From assembly GCF_009834535.1 (NCBI RefSeq), contig NC_045697.1:70062001-70126000 (forward strand): a DNA stretch of 64,000 bases, written 5' to 3'. The notes below the pieces were generated by a model. It did not search any database and had not been told where the DNA came from. It worked only from the letters and a program-made list of their open reading frames with translations. Within the stretch, counting starts at the first letter, position 1. The number at the start of each line of letters is the position of its first letter. Origin of the DNA: Camelus ferus. Lineage: Eukaryota. A program made the position numbers and the translations under genes. This document shows, one piece after another, positions 11,952 through 31,490 of this stretch.

Positions 11952-12928
11952 ACCTGGATGCGAAACACTGTAATAGGGTATTTTAGTCAAATGAAGGATT
12001 TAAATTAGAAGACAGAAGAAAATGAAAATGTCTGAAGCTTGTTTCTGAGTTAAAATAAAGACAAGCAATGCTTGGTTTCTTTGCATTTATGTTTACTGGA
12101 AAAACAACAACACAACAATTTTTTTTTCCAAAAGAGTCAAAATGAAAGACCATTACACAAGATTGCACAATCACTTACAAATGCTGGCAATTAAAGTAAG
12201 TAGGCTAATCTCACAGAGTCCTTGTCTACGTAGTTTTCTCCACGTGCGAGACACCGATGAAGTGACCCTCAGAGCTGTCGGGCTGGGTTCACAGCGCCGT
12301 CGGCCATGCTCACTGCATTCCACAAGTGAATCACATCAGACCTCAGGTAGGAACTCCTCCGCCAAGATTTCTACCTTGAGAGCAGTTTAAATTTTCACAT
12401 TCTTTCCATTTACCCCTGGCTTTTTTCATAGTCAGGGGTATAATTCAGCATTATCCAATGTCTTTCTCCATTTACCACACAATTGACTCTCCTCTGTTTG
12501 GGACATAACTTCCTCAGTCTTCACATTCTTTTCAACCACCACTGTCTTTACTGTACAATAAGATGATTTCAATGTAGATAAAGAAACCTACATCTTTAAA
12601 GGGGGAGAAAAAGACTACCTGCTAGAAAAAGGGTACAGGTATGACAAATAATTTCAGGGGGCCCTGGAAAGGACATTTTGCTATTAACACTAGCTTATAA
12701 AAAGCAATTATGAAACTTAAAAAAAGAAATCAAATTAGATGTGTTGTGTGTGTGTTTTATTCTGCACCATTATGAATCAAATTGGAATACATCTAATAAT
12801 ATGCTCTAGTTTGCAACATGAGACAAGAATGTTAACAGCTTACAAATACTGCTGTGAACGTTCAGTTGTCTTCTGAGACATGGGGCATACAATGTGTTTT
12901 TGTTTTTTTTTCCCCTAGAAGACCAGAG

Positions 12929-14089
12929 TCTGCAATTCTGATTAGATTCAAGCTCAAGGTACAATTTAGCAAATGCTACATGCTTTATTAATGATTTTAT
13001 GCACCTGTGAGGTCTACTTAGGACCCAGAAGTTAGTTAAGAATATATAAACAGTTTCCTGAAAATATGTATCATATCTATATGTATATCTCTTTAGGAAT
13101 TATGTAAAAGCCTAACATATTTTGTGAATTTGATTTTTATAAGTAGTTTTCTAAAACAAACCTACACATAATTTTCCCTCTCAACAGTACTGATAAAATA
13201 CAGGGCACCTTTTTCTTTCAAGTATTTGGGTAAAATAGCATACCCTGAGAATTTGGGGTGCAAACCTACACCTTGTAAACTGTAGAATGAAACTCTTCAA
13301 GCACCACATAGGAAAATGTATACTGTGATAGTTTTAAAACACAGAGACTATTATTGAATATGTTTTCTCATGCACATATATATATATATTTATCATGAGA
13401 TTATAGTCAATCTACTTAAGAATCAATACTGTCCTGCAGTCCAAAGTATTATTTCAGGTAGCATGAGCATTCAATTTGTAGCAAACACAGACTTTCATTT
13501 CTATGAAATATGAAAATAATTAAAATGTGTTAGATCTCTTTAAGAGGCAAGAATGATGAAATCAAATCTGATTTCCTAGTGATGTAAGGATGAATTTGAA
13601 ATGTGTGTTAGCATTTAAGATTTACCATAAAGATGTCAAAGTGTAATTTGCATTAGCTTATCTACTCAATATAGCTAGAGTGCCGTATACAGACAGACAT
13701 CCAGAGACACAGACAGACATCCAGAGAGCCTATGGGTTAAGTCTCTAACTGCGTATCTGGGCTTCATTAAATTATGAGGGCAATTTCAGTGAGTGCTTTT
13801 TAAGAAAATACATTCTGGTGAATTAAATTTTCATACTGGTTACAAATGGGTTTGGTTTTCCAGAAACAGTTCAAATGGAGCATGTTTCAACCTGACCATT
13901 TAACCAACAGGGAAAAAAGAGGAAATGGGCTGAGATTTCTACCCACAGTGCCCTGCGGTTCATCTGGAAAACTGAGTCACCAATGTAACCCCGAGAGGAA
14001 AAGGCAAAAGCCTGGCTCTGCAATTCTGATTAGATTCGAGCTCCAGGCACTGTTCAGGAAATGCTACCTGCCTTATTAATGGTTTTGTG
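12929..14089. repeat. Dispersed direct repeat: two 73-nt copies (12929-13001 and 14017-14089)
   Basis: Ungapped manual alignment gives 62/73 identity. The first 21 nt are identical (tctgcaattctgattagattc). Confidence 0.92.
13689..13727. repeat. 20-nt tandem duplication
   Basis: acagacagacatccagagac occurs twice. Confidence 0.9.
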
Positions 14090-17000
14090 GGCATGAAACA
14101 CAAGAGGGTAGCTGAGCAGCTAAAGGCACATTGTTAGGGTAAGAGTTTTACTGGTTGGAGGGCTTCCTAGACTCTTGTTTTAGTCCACTTGACTTTGGTT
14201 AAACAAGGAAGGGCACAACGACTTCATACAAATATCAATGCAACCTCTCAAGAAATAATAAAACAATGAAAATGAGAATTTCAATTTACCTCACGTCTTT
14301 AAAAATGTTCTTCCCAATCATTTGAGGTAGGAAATGGCCTGGCAGCTTTGGTTTGGCTTTATATGGTTTGATGAAATAGAGAACCATAAAATTATCAGCA
14401 GATAATATAGTGCTCACAGACTCACTGTAAAGTTACATTTTGAACCATCTGGACATTTACTACATCTGTAGCAGCTTCTCAGAGGATGTGGCCTCGCTGA
14501 TAGAACCAGCAAATGAGAAGTTCTCCTTTCTTTCCTTAGTTCTAGTCTACCTCAGTGTGAGAATAAGGCTCAGATCTGCTGGTGATTCTAATGATAAGTA
14601 GCTTCCAGGGTCCCTGGACCCTTGGTCGGTAAGAACTCTACCATGTGTTCTAGGAAAGGAGATGTCTCTCTTTATGAAGACCTGACAAGTAGTTGACAAT
14701 TCAACATGACTGCTGGGTTCTCCTAAAGTCACACATAGTTTTTAAACAATCTTATCAATTTTAGTTCTATCTACCCAAATCCTATATAAGTTTCACCAGA
14801 TGTGTTCAAATATTTGAGATCTCATGGTGCCACTGTGAGTATTGTAGGTTTGAGATCTTTGATGGATTCTACTTTCTTGTTTCAACACTGGGTGATTTCA
14901 TACCTAGCCAATCTCTACTGAACATGAGGAAGGGCCGATGCTGTCAGAGAAGTTTCCCCGTGGTGGGAAATTAAGTAAGCTCTGGGGTGAATCTGTTTGT
15001 GTACTTGGGTAAGAAGACCTCTGTGACAAAGGAGTCACACCTTCCCCAATATGGCGCAAGGGCATCTTTTCCAAACACAGTGACTATTTCAGACTTTATG
15101 TTCCACATCTCACAGAGGCTATCCACTTCATTTCATAGTTCATCAGCCTATCAATTGATTGAATTGTGGCCAGAGCTGACTGTTTCTGCCTCAAACGCTG
15201 CCTTTTACCCAACAGAACTTCTTTTTAGAGTAAGGACTCTTTAAGGAAGGCCCTGAATGTGAAATTGAGTTTTCGTTTTTTTAAGAGTCTGCAATGGAGA
15301 GCTTAACTACAAAGTAGTCAGGTTACATAAATCATACAAAAATCAGACTCAGTTTTTACTCATACCTCAGTCATGAATAGTCTAAAATACTGTGGCTTCA
15401 CGAAGCAATTTTAAGCAGAAACCAATATTGATGACCATTAAAATCAAAATAAAGCTTAAAAAATGATCATAATGGTTTATCTTTGAACAAATAAATAAAT
15501 AAGAGGAGATTCCTTAAAGAATGCCTGGGAGAATCTTCAAGTTATTCTTTCAAAAAGTAAGAAATAATTCCAATGTAACATTTGTTGAATATATATAGAC
15601 TCACTTATTAATCATGACAAGCTAAAAATTTATCTATTCAGTCAACTCTTTAAAACTCACGGTGAACACTCACTAAAAGAACCTTCAGAATTGGGCTACC
15701 CCTGAGGCAGTATTGAATGTCGATGAAAGATTCTATGACTTGGATTCTCAACATCTCTTAAAACCATAAGGAGCAAGTGATACAATCCTGGGTCATTGCT
15801 ATCGGAATGGCTATGGCTGGAGAGAATCGGAGCCACCAAATCAGAGCTTACATTCCACTCCACTGCCCCAAACGGGTCACTCTTCAGACTGCAAACAATC
15901 CGTGAGAGACAGGCATATGCAACTATGGTGGGAATCATTGAAGAAGAAAAATAATGCTATACACTCATAACAAAGGTTGGATTCCTATAGAGAAATAGGT
16001 ATTTTATGCCTTTCCGAGACTAAGAATTTCATCATTTTAAATGCAATCACTGGCTTTCCTGTATTTCAAGCCGTTCTATCTTAAGGCAACAAATAGTCTC
16101 ATGGCATTGTACAAATGGGAAAGTTAAAACAAGGCACAAAAGTTAAAACCACTGTTTTTCACAATCACATTTGAAATCATGCTGAACCCAAGAAAAGAAC
16201 ATACAAAACACAACCAAGAGAATGACCAGGCGTGGATGGTATAGGATTCAAAATGCAGACCCATCATATTTAAATCCAAACAAGTGCTACAACTCTGCCG
16301 GCTAGTCCTGCTCTACTCCAAGAATCTATAAGAAGATGTGTGATCCAAATGACTGATTTGCTGGTTTGGTTTACAGCAGAACCAGTCCTATTCTGTTGTA
16401 TGTTTTGACTGAACTATGAGAACACTTGAGAGATTGTTTGCCTAGCACAAATGCAGGGGGGAAAAGATGACCAGAAGGCTTATATCCTGTATTAAAGTAT
16501 AAAAAGAAATAGTTTTACACAGAAAAAAAAAATTCAACCAATCAGCTTAGTAAAACTAAAATAACACAAACTGTCTTAACAGGGTTATTCAGAAAAATAT
16601 AGAAACTTACACACTTGGTTTATAAGAAGCAAAAACTAAGAATAACACATGTAGAGGACGTTTTTCAGATGAATTCTTTGTGCTTTTATAATGCAACCTT
16701 CAGATACAGGAAGACTTGTCCATCTTTCTGTCTTGCTCCTATAAACAAACATAATCAAAGAAAAGATTGTTATTTCTAAAAGTAAATCTCACTCTTAAAG
16801 AAGCAAGAAAAATGTGAAAATACATTTTATTTACCTATTTAGTTATTTTCCATGTTAATAATGATGAAGTTCACATTTTAAAATGCGTTTGGTAAATGTG
16901 TTTCTCAACCTACTGGACATCATACTGACTTCAAAAAATTGCTCTCTTTGAAACATGAATTCAATGCAGTCAACCATTCAAAAATTATTTTAGTGTTAAA

Positions 17001-17634
17001 GATTTAGTTTCACTGAAATCATCCATAACAGAGATAAAATAGTATGACATATAATATAATGCAGAAATATTTAAACTAAATTGAAACATTTGAAATTTAC
17101 TGTAACTTATTAATCTTGTTAAATGAATGAACTCTATCCTGAGAATCCTTGTAAAATGAATGATCACTGTCTAAATTATGTGGAATTTCATACTGTGCAT
17201 TTTGTTTAAAATGAGATATACTGGTTAGAGCCTATAATTTAGTTAGATCCATTCGAAGACAAGCACTCACATGTTCAAAAGCTTACTGAAAATTAGCCCT
17301 TTCTTTCTATTAATCACTCTCTAAGTATAGTTTATCTATCAGGATTTTGCCTAAAGAACTTTTAAAATTAACATTTGGGAGTTGGTATTTGAACTTAATA
17401 TCATGGAGACAGAAATAGAGTGACCTACAGGTAATATTTGTTAAGGATTAAGAGGGCTCTATCATGTGAAAAATAACCTCCAAGAAGTTTCAAATAACAG
17501 CTATCTAATCAATTATATGCAATCAGAGTCATGTGGCAAAGGCTATTTTAATCCTGCCATCTAGAAACTGGCCTGTGTTAAACACATGCTTAAGAAAAAA
17601 GAAGTCTATAAGTCTCATTATGGATTTATAGCTC

Positions 17635-17657
17635 ATATATATATATATATATATATA
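17635..17657. repeat. (AT)11 microsatellite
   Basis: Read directly. Confidence 0.9.
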
Positions 17658-18719
17658 CTTCAAATTTGTTGATTTTACTCTTTTGTATTTTATATCAAGA
17701 AATGACTTTCAAGACAAAAGGGACTGTTGTGGGTTTGGAAACTTCTCATTTGCTAAACTTAAGTTTTTCTACCTTATGAGACACAGAGCAGCAACAGGAA
17801 AAGAAAATATAACTGCAAGCGGAGAAGAAGACAATATATGGCCAAGAAGAATAATTTCAGTGATGATCCAAGGATCTAACCACAACTCAGGCTGAGTCCC
17901 ATCATGAAGCAAGGTTTGCAAAGACTCCTTTAGCAGAGGCAGCACAGAGAGAGGGGAGAAAGAGAGAGGGGGAGACGGGGAACACTACAGGATGGGGGAG
18001 CAGTCTGAGATTCAGAGGAGAAATCTACTTCTATAAACCGCTGGCCCCTTTTTAAGGGCCCATAGTCTAGATATGGCCTTTTCATTCATTCACAGGATAT
18101 TGCTTCAGCTTATATTCACTTCAGAGGAATTTTGTTTGAAATCTTGAAAGTAATGAAGTTGCTCCAATTCCTCTTAAGAATAAAATAATAAAAACAGCCA
18201 ATTTAACCTATCAGAGGGTCATGAAGAAGTCTGTGAAGACGAGACAGTGACCGCACTGTGGCACCAGGCAGTTTGGCTTGGATGGTGTCCCACGATTTTA
18301 GGACCAGAACACATGACAGAGTTCAGCGGGGATGCTGGGTCAGATTTTCCCTTGCTTCACACAGGCCTGCGCCCAGACAGAGAGGAAAATCACGACATGC
18401 AGCTGGCAAACTGTACCCAGAGCTGTATAATGTGCTGGAAAGCTGTAGGGGATACTAGAGTCCCCTGGCCACAGCCAACTGGCCTGTCCCAAGGGATCAG
18501 GCAGCGCCAAGGGGACTGCAGAGCTGTGGGCATGGCCTGGCTTGGGGAAATATCAAGCAGTCTTGCGTATGAGCCCCTGGTGTTGCCCTGAGTGTCTGCA
18601 TGAATAAGAGCTGACTTTCTGCCCTGGGGGAGGCCCCTAAGAGAACAGGGGCTTGTGAGGCATTTATAAGGTTCTAGTCTCCAAGGGAGACTGAACTCTT
18701 AGTCCATGCCGTGGACTGT

Positions 18720-18900
18720 GTGATATGTCTTTTGCAGTGATTATACAATTCAATTTTCACAACACTCCTGCAAGGTATCCCCATTTTACAGTTGAGGAAA
18801 CTGAGGTCTAGAGAGGGCAGGTCACTTGTCCAGAGGAGTAAGATTTTGAGCTGAGGCTGCCTGACTCCAAGGTGCACGTATCTGGACTTTGGGCAAAGCT
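18720..18900 (-). mobile_element. MIR SINE relic
   Basis: atccccattttacagttgaggaaactgaggtctagagagggcaggtcacttgtcc...gcctgactccaagg. Confidence 0.75.
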
Positions 18901-21900
18901 ACTCAGCTCCCCTTCAACTGCAATGTATGAACCCATTGGCATCCAGTGGGGAGATCCCACTCTCAGGTGACATCCCACCACCTGCCTACCCCCCCCCCCC
19001 CCCGCAACACACACACACACTGGGAGCCACAGCCCCTAGAAGTGAGGAAACTTTCTCTTTGGGGCATATGATGTTTTAATGACTAAGGAGAGCTAATTTT
19101 TTAATCAAAAGAAAAACACACATAGAAGCTTAGTATATACTAGACCACCAGATCCAGGGTCAGTGTCTTAATCTTTTTCCAAATAAGGGAAGAGCGACAA
19201 TTCACAACAAGGAACTAAGACGAGGAGGGCAGAGAGGGAGAAAGTGTGCAAACCAGGGGTCATCTCAGAGCACGGGCCACCGAACTTGAAGGGCCTGTAT
19301 TTCAGTTGATCTATTGATCTGGGACAAGTTCTTTTTTCATTTGTCAATTAAGGATAAGAATAGTACCCAGTGGTTTAAAGGATCAGGTAGCATGATGTTA
19401 AATCTTCATAAGTAATAAATGATATTAAATCTTCTAAATAATAATAAATGATTAATACACATTAGCTATTACTTTTCATTTTTTATTAATTTTATAGAGG
19501 GTCAAGAAGAAAATATACAGGCATTAAAATTGTGGAGAAAGGCACAAAATAATAAAAATGGGGAAAGCTGCAATCCAAGAAAAGAGAAACGGAGAAAAGA
19601 AACGATGAAAAAGACATGAGGAAGATAATAAAATAAAACAGTAGCTCTATATAATAATTGGGAGAGGAAGCCACAATCAAGTTAGGGGAAAAAAATTACA
19701 AATAAGTGAATTGCTTCAGAAATGTAATACAATGTGAGCTGAAAAGGAAATGTGGAGCTTGCAGCCTGCAGCCCCACGGCCTGGCCTCAGGCACAGGTGG
19801 GGAGAATGTGCAGGTGAGGGAGCCGCAGTCCCCCCCACCCCCAGTCCACCCTTGAGGTTGTCCAGCCTGTGATAACAGCAAAGCTCAAGCAAAAAGGGAG
19901 GAGAAGAGAACAAGCAAGGTGGGGCACTGAACTACATCAACAGTCAAGTGAATGGGAAGGAGAAGCCACAATAGGGAATTTAAAATAAAAAACACAAAAC
20001 AGAGAACAGAAAATAAATTCTCAAATAAATGGCAAGAGAAGAAAGAAGGAGACATAAGCTCATGGGCCCGATTCCAGGAAGGAGGACCACCAAAGGAGAG
20101 CGGTCCTGGCAGGACAAAGAGAAAGGGACTGGGCAGCAGTAAGAAGGAAGCAAATAGAAAGTAGACTCTGGTCTGGCGATAATTCAGATTTTGATCCCAA
20201 CTCTGCCCCAAAGGGACGCTGTGACTTAAGAGGGGTCACTTAACCTCTCTGAGCCTCAATTTCCTTCTGCAATTTTAACATTGTGGGACATGGTTTGATA
20301 ATCTAAGGATCCTTTGAGACCCCCTTAGAAAACTCTACAAAAATAGCTCCCCCTGAATCCAGCCCCGTTTCTCTTTCTCCTTCAGATGTGTGGGTTATGC
20401 TTAAGGGGTAGAAATAACTCTGAGGAAGTAGGGAGGAAAGAAGGACTAACAATGTAGAAACGGCATAAAGCACACTCAGAAAAGGAGAAGAAAATGGGTT
20501 AAGTTTTACTGAAAAAAACCACATTCAAATGAAACAAAATAATTGCAATACCCTCCGGGTAGCAGGCATGGTGCCAGTGAAAGTCTTCTGCTGCTATTGC
20601 TACATATTTATCTGTATGCCTTTGTAAATGGTATTTAGTAGCAAGTTTCAAATAAAATTTTAAAATAAATATGGCATCTAAGTGGGTGGGCAGGAGGAAG
20701 CAGGAGAGGGAACAAGTCAGCTACCTGCCCCAGGCGGCAGAAAACCCAAACCGAAACCGTCTCACCAGAAAGGGCATCAAAGATCCTGGGGAGAAGTGAC
20801 TTTCAAAACAAAAATCAACAAACGACAAAGGCCTAAAACACAAAAGGCCTAACAAAAAAAAGAGGAAATAGTGAAGTTTAGACTGGTGAGCCTAGCATAC
20901 TGGTGTGTGGCAGACGGGTTCCTGTTGTGACTCTCTAGCCACTGGGCCACTGGCTGTGAACAGCCTCGTCCATTCCTTATAATGTGTGATGTCCTTACTA
21001 AAGAAAAAAGAACATAAATAATGTTCTAATTATCTTCTGAGGGGCGTTGTGACCTGGCAAAGTTTGAGGAGGACTGCAGCTTTGACCACAGGCAGAAAAG
21101 AAGTGGGAAAGACTCAGCTACAGAAGCAAAACTAGAGGGAGACTCATAACGGAATACTCAGAGCGCAGCAGCAGCTGGTTGTGCTTGGATCTGTACGGGG
21201 GAGAAAGCAGGGCTCCCTGTTACAATGTACAGCTAAAAACAGATGATGAAATGCTTATTATTGGAGCTGGAAGGATTGTTAAAGGTTAACACAGGCCTTG
21301 AACACTGGCTTTGCGGTTCTGTGTGTCCAGGTCTGTGTCCTCCAGCTGGAGTGTAGGCTCCGGGCCTGTGGGACGGTACCAGGTCACATGTGGGCTTATA
21401 GCCTCACCGCAGAGTAGTACACCATGGCTGGCAGACAGTAAACACGTAATTCACGTTTGTAGAATGAATGAGGGAATTATTGCATTTCAGACATTCATTT
21501 TACAAATGTCCGGAGAGGCACAGCAGATCCAGGTGTTCTGGCTGCCAGGTCAGAGCTCATTCCACTCGTCTGCCATCCTCCGTTTGCTCCCTGTCTCCTA
21601 CCAAGGAACAAGCAGCGGCCTGCAGGGCACAAGGCCTGGTCCAGGAGCTGGGAGCCAGCCCCACGGGGACTGCCTGGCTGTCTCACTGCCTGGGGACCTC
21701 AGCAAAACCATCTCCTTCTAAGCCCCAGTCTTCTTGGTGAAATGCTGTGCTTGGATCAAATCATTTATGTGACTTCTTAGTTGAAAAGGGCACATGAAAC
21801 CCTATTTACCTCAAGGAAAAACTCTGGAATAAGTCTAGTATTCAAAAGAAGTCTTAAACTGAAACCAGCTTCCAAGACTTCTCACTCTGATCATCTGCAT

Positions 21901-23540
21901 GAATACCTACTGATGAATGAGTGTGTACAATGTAATTTTTGATGAATCTGAACACTGTTGGAATTTTTTTCCACATAAGGAAAAGTACTATACACATCTT
22001 TTTTATGTATCTGGCTTTTCTTTGAAAGGTGGCACAGAACTTGCAGGGAGATTTGAGCTATTATCTGAATTTGGGTCATTGAATTTTTGCCTGTATGCAA
22101 AAAGCTACTAATTAGTTCCTGACCAGTCAAATCAGGAAGCCAGCTTTTGCCTTTCTGTCTGTCTTGAGGGCTATGGACTAAAATAAAGGTTGAAGAAGGG
22201 AAAAGCTTTCAGAGAGATCATTGTTCAAATCTCCCATATGAAAAACTCTGATTTGTATCTGTGTCTGATGGAAACAACTCCAGGGCTAATCTCTCCAGGC
22301 TCAGCGACAGGAGAAAGGCCAAACGCAGCTGCCAAGGGGAAACGATGTGAGTGTGTGCCCGGTTCCTCCCTCCTCTGAGCCCTGTCCTCCCTTCCCCTTG
22401 CTCTGCACCTCCACAGCTCACAGAAAGGCCTCGCAGGATTAGCTGCTCCAAAATAGCCTTAGGTAAACACCCTACCTGTCCAGAAGATGAAGACGCTTTT
22501 GTGCAGAGGCTACACTTTTCCTTCTGCAAAACTGATTCTCTAATTCTGAGCCTCTTCCACATACATTTAAAAAAAATTTTCTACACTGAACATTATTTAT
22601 CTTTAATCCTCCCCTGCCCTCTTTATTTGTGATTCACACATTTGCTTGTTGCAAATTCTTGGAAAGGAAGAATTACAACCATCTACTAGACTGCAAGTAA
22701 AATTAGACTTATGCTTTCACCTGATTGCTCAGAGAAAGACCCAAGGATTTCTGAACAGTGGCCGAATGTTGTCCTGCAGTCCAGTAAATACAGTGCAGAG
22801 TAACAATCCCTTAATTTTGCAATACACTGTTATCTGGCGTTCAGATAAATTTTGAGTAGATATTATTGACCCATGAGTGTCATGCATGCCCAAGAACACA
22901 GCTGGTGAGAAATCGCTGCGACTCTAATCTAATGATTCTGCATCCTAATTTTAGACTCTTCCACTGCACAAAGAAATGATGTTCCTCTACTGCTTTTCAG
23001 TTCAGACAAGGGAGGAATGGTTTATTTCTTTCCTATAGGCAAAGATTTTCTCTCCCCTTTATCGCCGTTCTTATGATCTTGCCAAGGAGTGAAAGCCCCA
23101 GAAGCATTAATGATGTCCTCCCTGCTCTGAGGAGGACAGGGGAATGAGGGCGCAAATTTGTCCCCACAGTGCTGGCAGCTTTTTGCTGTATCAGAAGGTG
23201 GCTTCTGTCTTATGTGTTTGACCTGAAGTGTCTGGTTCAGGGAAAGCCAAGCTCACCTTTTCTGCCAAGTTTCACAGACTGTGTGGTTACAGCAAGGATT
23301 CCTGTCTGAATTTGGATTAACTTGGTAGGTGTCAGGAAACTACTCTATCTGATTCCCTTTAGAGGGAGCAAGGGGAATTTGATTCTTTCCAAAGGGAGAG
23401 AATGCAGATATGAAAAGGATCCCCTGTAGGGATTCACAGTAGAGCACAGTGGATTTGTCTGAACAGACTAGATCAAACACAGAAGCTCTTTCCAAGGAGC
23501 CACCAAAGCTCTGGAATTTTCCCCCCTTGTAGTGGTCATG

Positions 23541-23541
<1 letters not shown>

Positions 23542-23581
<40 letters not shown>
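23542..23581. repeat. (TG)20 microsatellite in the C4orf54 3'UTR intron
   Basis: Read directly. Confidence 0.97.
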
Positions 23582-23582
<1 letters not shown>

Positions 23583-24199
23583 TACCTTAAAGACCCTGGC
23601 CTCGCCTAAGAAAAAAGTATTCTGATTGTCTGAAAACAAAAACAGGAGCTTAAAAATACAGTCTCTTTGTATAAGAAACTTCAAGAGGAAGATGTGGTGG
23701 AGGGAAAGAAGCCTTTCTGCAGATTTGAGAAAACCTCCTAACAAGAACACGTCAGTCTTTGACTCTCCCTGCCCTGAGGAGCAGCCTGATTGACCGTGCT
23801 CCCGAGGATGCACGTGCCTCTGTCACTGCGGCAGCCAGGAATAGAGCGAAGCTCATTCCACAAAATCCAGACCGGGTTTTCATTTCTTCCCCCTGCCAGT
23901 CTTCACCCAAGGCTAACCTAACAGATCGAAGGTTCACATCCCTCCTACTCACTGTGGGAAAAACACTCAGGCAATTTGGAAAGGTCAAAGGGGAGAGGCC
24001 AGCCACTGGACTGAGGAGTGTGGAGAGAAGGAAGCTTGGCTAGAAAATCAGCTCCTTAATAATTTGGTTGGGGTTTTGCTTTATTCTTCCGAAATGCCCA
24101 TTCCTAAAAACAGCCTCCTGGGCTGTAAATCTGCCACTTCAAACACAATGAAACAGAATTGCCTTTAATCCCTTAAACCCGATTATTGAAGTGACATTC

Positions 24200-24208
24200 A
24201 CTCACCAG
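24200..24208 (-). other. C4orf54: 5' splice donor 34 nt downstream of the C4orf54 stop codon
   Basis: The minus strand reads CTG|GTGAGT. The exon ends at 24206 and the stop codon is at 24242-24240. Confidence 0.75.
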
Positions 24209-24239
24209 CTGCTCCGTTGTGGTTTCTGGTGACCTCTCC

Positions 24240-29705
<5,466 letters not shown>

Positions 29706-31490
29706 TCATTCCAGAAATATTTTTAGTGTCTATTCCCTAGTCATACTGAAACCACACTTAAGGGTAGAGAGAAGAGGCTCTGAGATGAAGAGAGAATGTT
29801 GGGGGGTGGAGGAGGCACGTGGGTTCTAATTGAAGTCAACCAAATGTCCTATGTAATCTATTACAATGATGTCTAGCAAGTATGAAATTATTCTTTACTC
29901 ACTGCCATCTTTTACATGATTTAATGTTTTTTCCCCCTTGTTCTTAAATAAAATCCAAATTCAGGATTGCATTTCAAATCAATTAAGGACACTCCAGAAA
30001 GACTTCAAAATCTCCCTTGGACATATGGTAGCTTTATGTTTGTCTCAAAATCTATATATTTTCTTTCTCTTTCATCTCAAATCAGTTGAGTCCTGGTAAT
30101 ACAACTTTTCATAGAGTAAAACACGCTAGCCCTCCTCCCCCAAAGTTCCACTTTATGAAACATAATCTGTTTAAAAACAGGAAGTATTCCTTCTAGAATC
30201 CTTACTGTGTTGCCTAGAAGTATAAAAGAGCAATTTTCAAAGACTTAAAACTCAACACTTTAAATAAACTTTTAATTATAGTCACTAAAAAAGGAGAAAA
30301 TGGGTCAAAGATGACACAAATTCAAATCCCTACAATCTCAAAAAAGTTCCCTAAACTTCTAAAACCATGGCAAGACAATAAACCTCCAATTAAATATAGC
30401 CTGATCTGCAGCCTGACGATTCAGTTACACTGGCTGCATTCCAGACCTGCAGGGCACCGAGTCAAAAGGCACGAAAGAACAACGAATACACTTACCCTTT
30501 ATGAGTACAGTGCAGCTTGGAGGGAGGTTCAGAGAGAAATGTGAGCCACTGGCATGTCCCATGGAAACGAAGCCAAGGTCCCAGCTCACTGGCTCTGAGG
30601 TCCCTCCATTTTAGACAATTCAGTAGTTGTGCAAGTGAACTTGCCAGGCAACCCAAGATGGGGGTTCTGTGCTGGCCATCCTCAGGGAAGATCCCTTGGG
30701 CACTATCAGCGGAGAACCATGACTCTTGGTTGGGTGAGATCTGGCCCTCATCACCTGCCAGGCCCAGTTCCACCACTATACATAGTTTATGTGTCACTTA
30801 TGCCGATTGAATAAAGCACTATTTTAAACATCCACATTTGTGGGGAACAAAAATAACACCATCAACCATCCCCTTCCAACATGAGTACCACCCCCACACA
30901 GAAAAATGCTCCTTCCTCTGGGTGGGCGTGGGGGGTGGTATGGAGTGGGAGCCCCTAGCAACCAAAGCATCGCCTTCTCATCCTTGGGATGTGGACAGCA
31001 CGGCCCTGCCCTTCTTCCCAGGACAACTCCTGCCCACATCACTGCCATTAAAAACACGACAAAGGGAAGGCTGGAAATATCAAGTATCACAATGTGGATA
31101 TAAAGCCAGAGCTCTAAATGAAGAGAGTAAAAGAGAAAAGGAAATAGAAAGAAACAGAGAAGGGGAGAGAGGAAGAAAATGAAAGAACAAGAAGGAGAGA
31201 GAGAGAGAGAGAATTTGCTGAATTTGCAATCAACTTTTTGATTATGGAGAACCATGTGAAATGGCACAAAATCCTGGATTCTTAGAGATAATAGAAATTT
31301 ACAAATCATAGTAATTACAACCAAGAGTTCTCTAGTGCTTACTATGTGCGAGGCACTATCTGAAGCACTTTTAAATGTGTCTATATTAATGTATTTAATT
31401 TTCATAACAAGTTGATGAGTTAGGTACAATTATTGTAGTGGTGTTCTAGATAGGAATGCTGAAGCATGGAGATGTGAAGAAGTTATGGAG

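Larger units (their letters stand above)
12070..16738 (-). other. C4orf54: Inferred UTR-only terminal exon of C4orf54 (~4.7 kb)
   Basis: Minus-strand acceptor cttttctttgattatgtttgtttatag|GAGC at 16739/16738. The interval is AT-rich and has no interspersed repeats that I can recognise. Candidate poly(A) signals are AATAAA at 12756-12761 and AGTAAA at 12092-12097, each followed by U/GU-rich sequence. Confidence 0.6.

Noticed and set aside
12929..13001. Possible snoRNA or miRNA identity for the duplicated 73-nt element
   Set aside because: No properly placed C/D or H/ACA boxes, and no long hairpin shared by both copies.
15851..15860. ACATTCCA (miR-1/206 8mer) within the C4orf54 UTR interval
   Set aside because: It is on the plus strand, antisense to the C4orf54 mRNA.
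30824..31429. 201-aa hydrophobic ORF resembling a membrane protein
   Set aside because: It is made of MIR sequence plus the antisense of a GA-rich tract.
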